From Veleropilina oligotropha (taxonomy: Eukaryota): DNA of 64,000 bases. Made by a program: the position numbers and the translations under genes. Shown piece by piece: positions 57,145 to 64,000 of this stretch (the stretch's first letter is position 1; the number at the start of each line of letters is the position of its first letter). Location: the NCBI GenBank assembly GCA_048128005.1, contig JBEUKZ010000034.1, forward strand, positions 62,001 to 126,000. The letters are read 5' to 3'. Under the pieces are notes generated by a model, which saw only the letters and a program-made list of their open reading frames with translations, was not told the DNA's origin and ran no database searches.

Positions 57145-58248
57145 CTAAGGACCATTATATTGAGGAGTGGATTCGAATTCCAATTCTACTTTTATATGAT
57201 CAGATTCAGCGCACCGAATCTTTTGTTATTGTTTGTGTTAATTACTGATAATCATATTTCAAGGCAGGGTTTCCTCTAGGCGGGGGTCCCCCCAGGAAAA
57301 ACTCTTGGGGGGGGTATTCTCTCCCACCAACTTTTGCAATTGATGAGTAAAATGTTTAGGGCCGAGGCCTACTTTTGCTCTGTCACTTGACTCTTAGAAC
57401 TCATTTCAGAGTTGAGAGCATCAATTTTTCTCTACGCGCCGGGGAACTTCTGGTCCCCGCCGCATACCGTTGACCAACGCCCCCCCCCCCAAAAAAAAAA
57501 ACCAACACACATTTTTCTATTTCTGGAAGAAACCCAGCCAAGAAGAAAATTTAATGTTGTACACTCCAAGTCCAATTTATGGTCTAAGGGAGAAAACTGA
57601 TGCGCCCCTGTGCGTTTTCAATATTCTAGATGATATAAGGGGCACGATAATCGTCCATTTGAATATAGAACTGCGTTTTAAAGATGATTATTGATACAAG
57701 TGACAAAATGGTCGCTGCTTAGATCTTTGAGTGTTAAAATGTTTAATTTAAAATTGTAACTTACGTGTATATTCTAGACTGTATTGATCTATATATTCAG
57801 TAGCCCAATTTAGATCATGGTGGAATTTATTCTTCTGCTTTGAAGGTGCGCTATGCTGTCTGGAATCAATTGGATTTTCAATATATTTGCTGATCCTTTC
57901 AGTTCAGGCTTTCTTTTTCTTGAATCCACTTGTGACTTTTAACTTTATGACAAGTGAAATTTGTCATTAAATCATTTAAAATGAATAGGCATCGCTTTAA
58001 TGTTTAAGTCGAATAACTATTTATTAAGGACGCTTTTATCTTATGCATTTAATATTTAAGTGGCTTATTATTGCCGCTTATTTGCGGCTTAATATAAGTT
58101 ATGTTTTTCTGTTTTAATGATTTACGAACCTGATTTACAGGCCTATTTTGTAGTTCATGCGTAATTATTTGTAGCCTATTTAAAATATATTGTAAAATAG
58201 CGTATTGATTGATTTAGTTATTAATTACTTGTAAAATAAAAATATTTG

Positions 58249-58405
58249 AATAGCATTGTTCACAATTTCAGTAGAATACTATATAATAGACTGTGAGCTG
58301 GCGAAAGCGGACAAACAATGGTCAAGTATATTGAAATATGCCATGTATTGTCAGCAGCATTCCGGGCATTAGGAAGCTGTGATATTATTTGTGAACAATG
58401 CTATT
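58249..58405. mobile_element. Small MITE-like element with a perfect 17-bp inverted repeat
   Basis: AATAGCATTGTTCACAA ... TTGTGAACAATGCTATT. Confidence 0.55.
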
Positions 58406-58531
58406 ACGATTAATTAAAATGTTATTTGTTCCTTTATTCTATAATCTGAAGGTAGAAAAAATTACTTATCTGTATTGAATATTCTAATAATAAAAATATA
58501 ATAACAAACAGGCCGGCTATTTGTTTTAGGT

Positions 58532-61500
58532 ATGGGCAGATATTCCGGTAGCGATGACGACAGGAGGAAACACAAGAAGAGACGGAAGCGGTGGGTTTTA
58601 TGACAGTTTTCGCTGATGTTAATGTTGTCTATTAAATTTATTCAATTGATACTGTTAGTTTCAGCAGAATGTGTGATTGCTTCATTCAATTATTGGCATT
58701 CATATGCATACATGTGATAAACCCAAATACCATTCCAGGAGGTTGGGGTCAAGATTCCAGAAGTATTTTTATCGGAGCATTTTATCGTCATATATTTGAA
58801 ATTATTTGATTAAAAAGGCATTCATAGAAATGAAATATTATTTTATTTATGCAATCAAAACAATACCAATAAATATTATAATTAAATATATATATATATT
58901 AAACTCCATAAAATAATTATATAATACGACCTTAAATATTTACAATTCTTATTATATATATCTTCAGTCAAGTACAATATGCACAGCCTTAATTGCTTAA
59001 TTACTTGATCAGCATAGTAACATATGTTGTCATAACAAAATTAAACCTAAAAAAGGCGATTATCATTAATCCTCTTATATTTTTAAAAAGTTCTTGCCGA
59101 CAATCCAGATTACCTTTGCGGTTAGGCCAAATAGCTATGTACTTTGCCGATAAGCGCAAACTTGTATTAAATCACTCGAGCTCAGAGCATGTCAGTTGTG
59201 CTAATCCCTATTATTTGGCAACTCTACTGAAACTCTTGATGAAACTGCCATTCTCGCTAGTAATTAAGCAATAGACATTTTCATAGCATTTATTCCCAAT
59301 TAATTTACTTTATTAGCTCTATTGACATCTAATTCTTTGTGAACTACGGGCCTACATCAAATAGATCACAACGTTGATTCAAAAATTATCTTCGTATTAA
59401 ATAGTAGAAATTTAAATACCCGGTGCAAGATTATTTTGTAACGCAATATAAAGAGATATGCAAGTCGGAAAACACTCGTATTTTTCCGTAAGTAGTTCCC
59501 GAAATTACTGCGCGACAGCTATCAACACAAAAGCACGCTTCAAGGTTTCAACAAAAGAACGCTGAGTGCTTGTGGTAAACGGCGTATCAAATGAATATTT
59601 TGACAATAATCTTCATGCTCTATCGCGTTCTATCTACACAATTTATGTAGCGATATATTGTTACAGCATCTACTGTATTTGACGAGTTGACGACTTATTA
59701 AACGAGTTCCGTTTACCGACTCCAACACTATTGCGGATAAGAAATAACATTGCAAAAATAGCTTTAAGTGAGAAATCAAGATATTCCGGTTGGAATTTGT
59801 CATTTCGGGAGTAGGCCATTTTGGGGGTGCCGATTTCGGGAGTATTATACTCCCGGCCGGAGGTATCACAGGGATCGGCCTGGCGATCGCCACTGTCGCC
59901 ATTTGCGCATTTTTTTTAAAAGTGGCGACAAAATTTCAAATCTGGCGACAAAAAAGTGGCACAAAAATGTAGTTGCATTATCAAGTTTCACACTGTAAAA
60001 CGTTTGTTATTTGTTATATTAAAGTCATCGAGTCCAGCTGCTTTTGTTGACTAAAACAACGTTATTTTTACTGACAATTTTGACGTAAGAAAATAAATAT
60101 GGTCATGATGGATCTAGGTTTGGTCTCCCAAGTTTGATGCGTGAAATAATGACATTAATTGTGTGTGACCTGAAAGGTCAATCCAAAGTGAGGCGTTAAC
60201 ATTGAACAAGAAATGGCTGTTTCACACATTTCGTGTTGACTTTTAACTTTCTACTGTTGTCCAATTAACAGAGATGTCGGATTGATAAAGTAAAGGTGTA
60301 ATCTAATTAGCATACACAAATACCAGCTTGTGAAAAACCAATAAGTGCTTGAAATTAATCCTATCGGCCGCTTTGATATCTTCTGGAGGCCTACAGATGT
60401 GATGTTTAATTTGGGCTAATGCCGTCATAATGCAATTGACAACTTGGACCAACCCCTCCATTACATCTTTGTTTTACTTTATTTTTAAACAAATAAACGA
60501 TTTGCGATGATTTCAGCATACCGGTACTTGCATTACAATAATCCACGGTCACACAATGAACGATCCTAATGACCTTTGACCCGATATGATTCATGGAGGC
60601 AGACAAAAACACGCGACACGGCATAAAACAACAACAACAACTTCGTTACAACACCAACTATAGTAATACATAGCATTAATTCTGAACTTTTCCAGGTTTG
60701 TGGCAAATAAATGTTTATTGAGACAGTAAAATTACAATACACCTGTAAACTGTATTTTCGTATTGTAATTTGCAGGAAAATTACATGTGACCTAAGGATA
60801 ATTAGGCTGTCTGTGAATGCGACTTTGGCAATCAGGAAAAATTCCAAATCCAACAAGAATATTTTTTGTCAAGATATCAAATAGTTTATTTGATACCAAC
60901 ATGCCGAAAAAAATGTCTTGTTATTAACCGAAAATAACTATTTTGCTATCTTATTAACAGACATATTTTATACATGAAATGATGAATAATAGTAAACGGT
61001 TCTGTGTTTGACAATGTTATGCTAATAAGCGAAATATCTTTATAACAGGTACCGGTATCTTATTAAGTGGAATCGTCTGTAATACAATTGTGTACCGTTT
61101 TCGCTTGATTATATATTGTTTGCTATACCGATTAGTTCATATACTGTGGCTCCTAAAATTCAAAAGTGGCAAAAGAAAATTGAAAGTGGCGAAACTTTTT
61201 CAGAACCCAGGCCCATCCCTGTATCACATGTATGCATATCATGTTATGATGTCAGTACATTAAGTGGGAGAAGCTATATTACTGTTTGTTACTGAATTTA
61301 CTATGGAAGTGTTTTCATTAAATTGTAATGCATCATAAACGAGCATTATAATTATTATTATCTTGCCTTTGACGTTAATCCATCGTTCTGATTGGATGAC
61401 GTTAGTTACGTAAATACCCTTATACCTCTCTTGTTTGACGTCAATTTCAAACATGAGTAGTACAAATAACTTATTACCCGTCTCCATGGAGATCTGTCGG

Positions 61501-62920
61501 CTCGGCTCATTCCGTAAACAGTTTACTAAACTCGAATAACGTTGTAAGCTTCGTTAGATGTAAACATGTAGGCAAATAACTGCAGTCGTAAAATGTGACA
61601 AACAACAATGTTAGGTTAATTAATAGATAGGGAAATTATAATTCAAATTAAAAGCAAGATAAATTTGTTATCGAATCTTCGTATTATACGGTAGGTTGTA
61701 CACCTGTTAACATTGAATATTTAACATTAAATGGTGTACAATGTACCGTATAGTACCTCGATGATGCTCGACAACTTATATTATTTGAGGATTCAGGAGT
61801 TTAGTACTGTACATTCATACAGTCATATGGCGATATTTAATTTTTGTTCGCCAATACAGGAATAATGCATATTAACTGGGATATCAACATGCACATAGAG
61901 TTCATCATTATTTTATCCACCGTCTGATTTTGATAATTCGACTGTTTCACCTGTTTGTTGATGATTGTTTCTTCAGGACCCTAAATCGATTTCATTCTAC
62001 GAGTTGTCCTGACCTTATTATCAGATTTGTCTTTCTCTTTAAGGGACCGTAGCTCCTCCTTGGACAGTAAATATTCCAGCAAATCCAAGAAGAGTAAAAA
62101 GAATAAAGCGCGAAGGAAATCAAGAAGTAAATCGCGAGAGAGTGGATATTTAGCGAGGTCACATGGTCGACGGTCCAGGTCTTTGAGCAGATCAAGAGAG
62201 ACTGGATATTTACCGAGGTCTCACGGACGACGCTCCAGGTCGAGGAGTCTGGATCGGCGTTCTGGTCGAGATCGACGATCGCGATCACGCAGCTATCGAT
62301 CACGAAGTCGCGAGATAAGACTGTCCTCGAGAAGTCGTTCTCGGTCCATTCAAAAAGAGAGATATCGCCGTTCGTGGACTAGAAGTCGGGAGAGGTCACT
62401 CTCCAGAGGCCGGGGAAGAAGGTCCATTTCCCGAGACCGATATCGTAGAAGTCGAGAGAGATCGTATTCACGGGGGAGAGATCGCAGATCCTGGTCGCGA
62501 GGAAGGACAAGGAGGTCCACATCCGTGGGGCGAGAGAGGAGATCGATATCAAGAGGTAGACGGTCAAGGAGTTATGGCCGTCGGTCAAGCAGCAGAAGTC
62601 GCAATGGACATGCTAAATCCAGAAGGTATGTTAAATGCATTGAGTATTGTACAGAAAGAGTCCTGCAATATTTGCTATGCAAATTTTCAGTACAATTGTT
62701 CAATTTGCATTCGTTCGCGGCATTTCAATGTTGCTAATCAAATTTTCATTTGTGTGCAACAATCCAATTAAAAATAATGCAGGTTGTTATTTGCCTTCAT
62801 GCATACTTATAAAATGATATCAATTCATTTACTCTTTTTCAGACCACATTCTAGAGAAAGAAAAAGAAACTACTCCAGTAATTCTGACAACGATGAAAAG
62901 GGCAGTGCCTACAAAAAGGA
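58532..62920 (+). CDS. Arg/Ser-rich nuclear protein, RSRC1 (SRrp53)-like; 5' coding exons, gene continues beyond the window
   Basis: Exons 58532-58590 (MGRYSGSDDDRRKHKKRRK), 62044-62625 (RS domain) and 62843-62920, joined by phase-2 GT-AG introns. The N-terminus resembles RSRC1 (MGRRSSD..RSKRKKKHRRR), but low complexity prevents a firm assignment. Confidence 0.75.
58709..61232. mobile_element. Non-autonomous DNA transposon (ends TACATGTGATA/TATCACATGTA) in an intron, with a nested element in its right end
   Basis: Terminal inverted repeats; related to 39071-41635. Confidence 0.6.
59869..61221. mobile_element. Non-autonomous DNA transposon, CAGGGAT...ATCCCTG, 5-bp TSD TATCA
   Basis: Removing it restores GGAGGTATCACATGTA, the reverse complement of 39071-39086. 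Subterminal AAAGTGGCG/AAAGTGGCA repeats are present. Confidence 0.78.
62044..62625 (+). CDS. RS-domain exon of the RSRC1-like gene
   Basis: Acceptor TTTCTCTTTAAG and donor AG|GTATG. RS-dipeptide-rich, with varied codon usage rather than a simple DNA repeat. Confidence 0.85.
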
Positions 62921-64000
62921 GTAAGCTAATTATTTTGATTAACATATAATTTTAAATCAATTGAGTGACACCAGATTTGTAAAGGCTGGTCGATCATAGT
63001 AGCCGGCAAATTGGTTAAAATAGTAACTCAATTTTGTATTCATTGTATTTGTCAGAGGTATTTGTAAAAATATTTAAAGTTTAAGAAGACCGTATAAAAT
63101 ACATTATTTCCACTGCATAAACAATGCATATGGTTTTTCCATAAAATTGTTCAGTAAACTTTCCCACTCCAGTATTGAACAAGCACTGTCACACCTGCCC
63201 CCAACCAAGAGTCGTTCTGCTGTCCGCCTGTGGCACCTTTGATTGCCGTGATTTCTCAACTATGTTGGGACTATTCACAACCGAATGTGGTTTAGTCCGG
63301 AAAAAAGTCCGACCGAGTTGTACCGTGCTTCGTAGCTCGACCACGGTCGAGCTCGGTTTCAAAATGGCCACCGTTAATGCGAAAGGTTAGCATTCAATGT
63401 GTTTCCAATGAAATGTTGATTATAGCCCCTATCATCCATAATTATTCATTATTCCAAATGAATATATGTCATCATTTTATGAAGCCACCATTCACGCGAA
63501 TAATACATAATATTATATATGCAATAATATGATTCCTGTGATTGTTTTAATGGAAGAATTCTGGATTGATTCATAGTCGAATATTATTTTTGCTAACGGT
63601 GCTGTTAAATTATATTTATCTATGTATCATATATTATAATTTAGATATCAAACACTAGAAGTCTATATGTGACATTTATTGAAGTTGAATAAGTCAACAT
63701 TTCGACAGAGAGGTCATATTAGTTACAAACTTACCGTTACGTATTCACATGTGTCATGATAGTTATGCTATTGCTAAATCCGGAAATAGTGGAATCGCAT
63801 TGCACCATTTGTAAGAAAAGGAACACAGCACAGTACACACCCTGACCTCTCCCCTGTCAATCAAACCTTAAGTTCCTGCGACCTGCGACCTCCCACGTCA
63901 TGTGATATCAATTTCTTGTTGTTGATTTCTGTATTATCTAATATAATATTGCTTGAATTTACAGTCAATTCATATTTATATTGGATAATCACCTTAGTGA

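Overview
This is repeat-dense animal nuclear DNA with spliceosomal introns, inferred to be from an invertebrate; the repeat types resemble those described in molluscs. Host genes: a complete 9-exon GPR180 orthologue (+, 26846-45586, 437 aa reconstructed by hand) and the 5' coding exons of an RS-rich protein resembling RSRC1 (+, from 58532, running off the window). The rest is a nest of mobile DNA: several CR1/L2-group LINEs (one nearly intact), a full-length RNase H-bearing I/Nimb-type LINE, tRNA-derived SINEs, Helentron-type non-autonomous elements, CAG...CTG elements with 5-bp target-site duplications (TSDs), and minisatellites. The most unusual feature is a ~16-kb inverted-repeat structure (9214-25261) with a candidate TSD. 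It holds three decayed copies of a two-gene Polinton/Maverick-type module (small ORF plus an A32-like packaging ATPase fused to a Zn-finger domain) and no other viral genes. The Nimb-type LINE is inserted in it and carries repeated, apparently structured motifs in a ~2.1-kb 3' UTR. All calls come from manual reading; no database searches were run.
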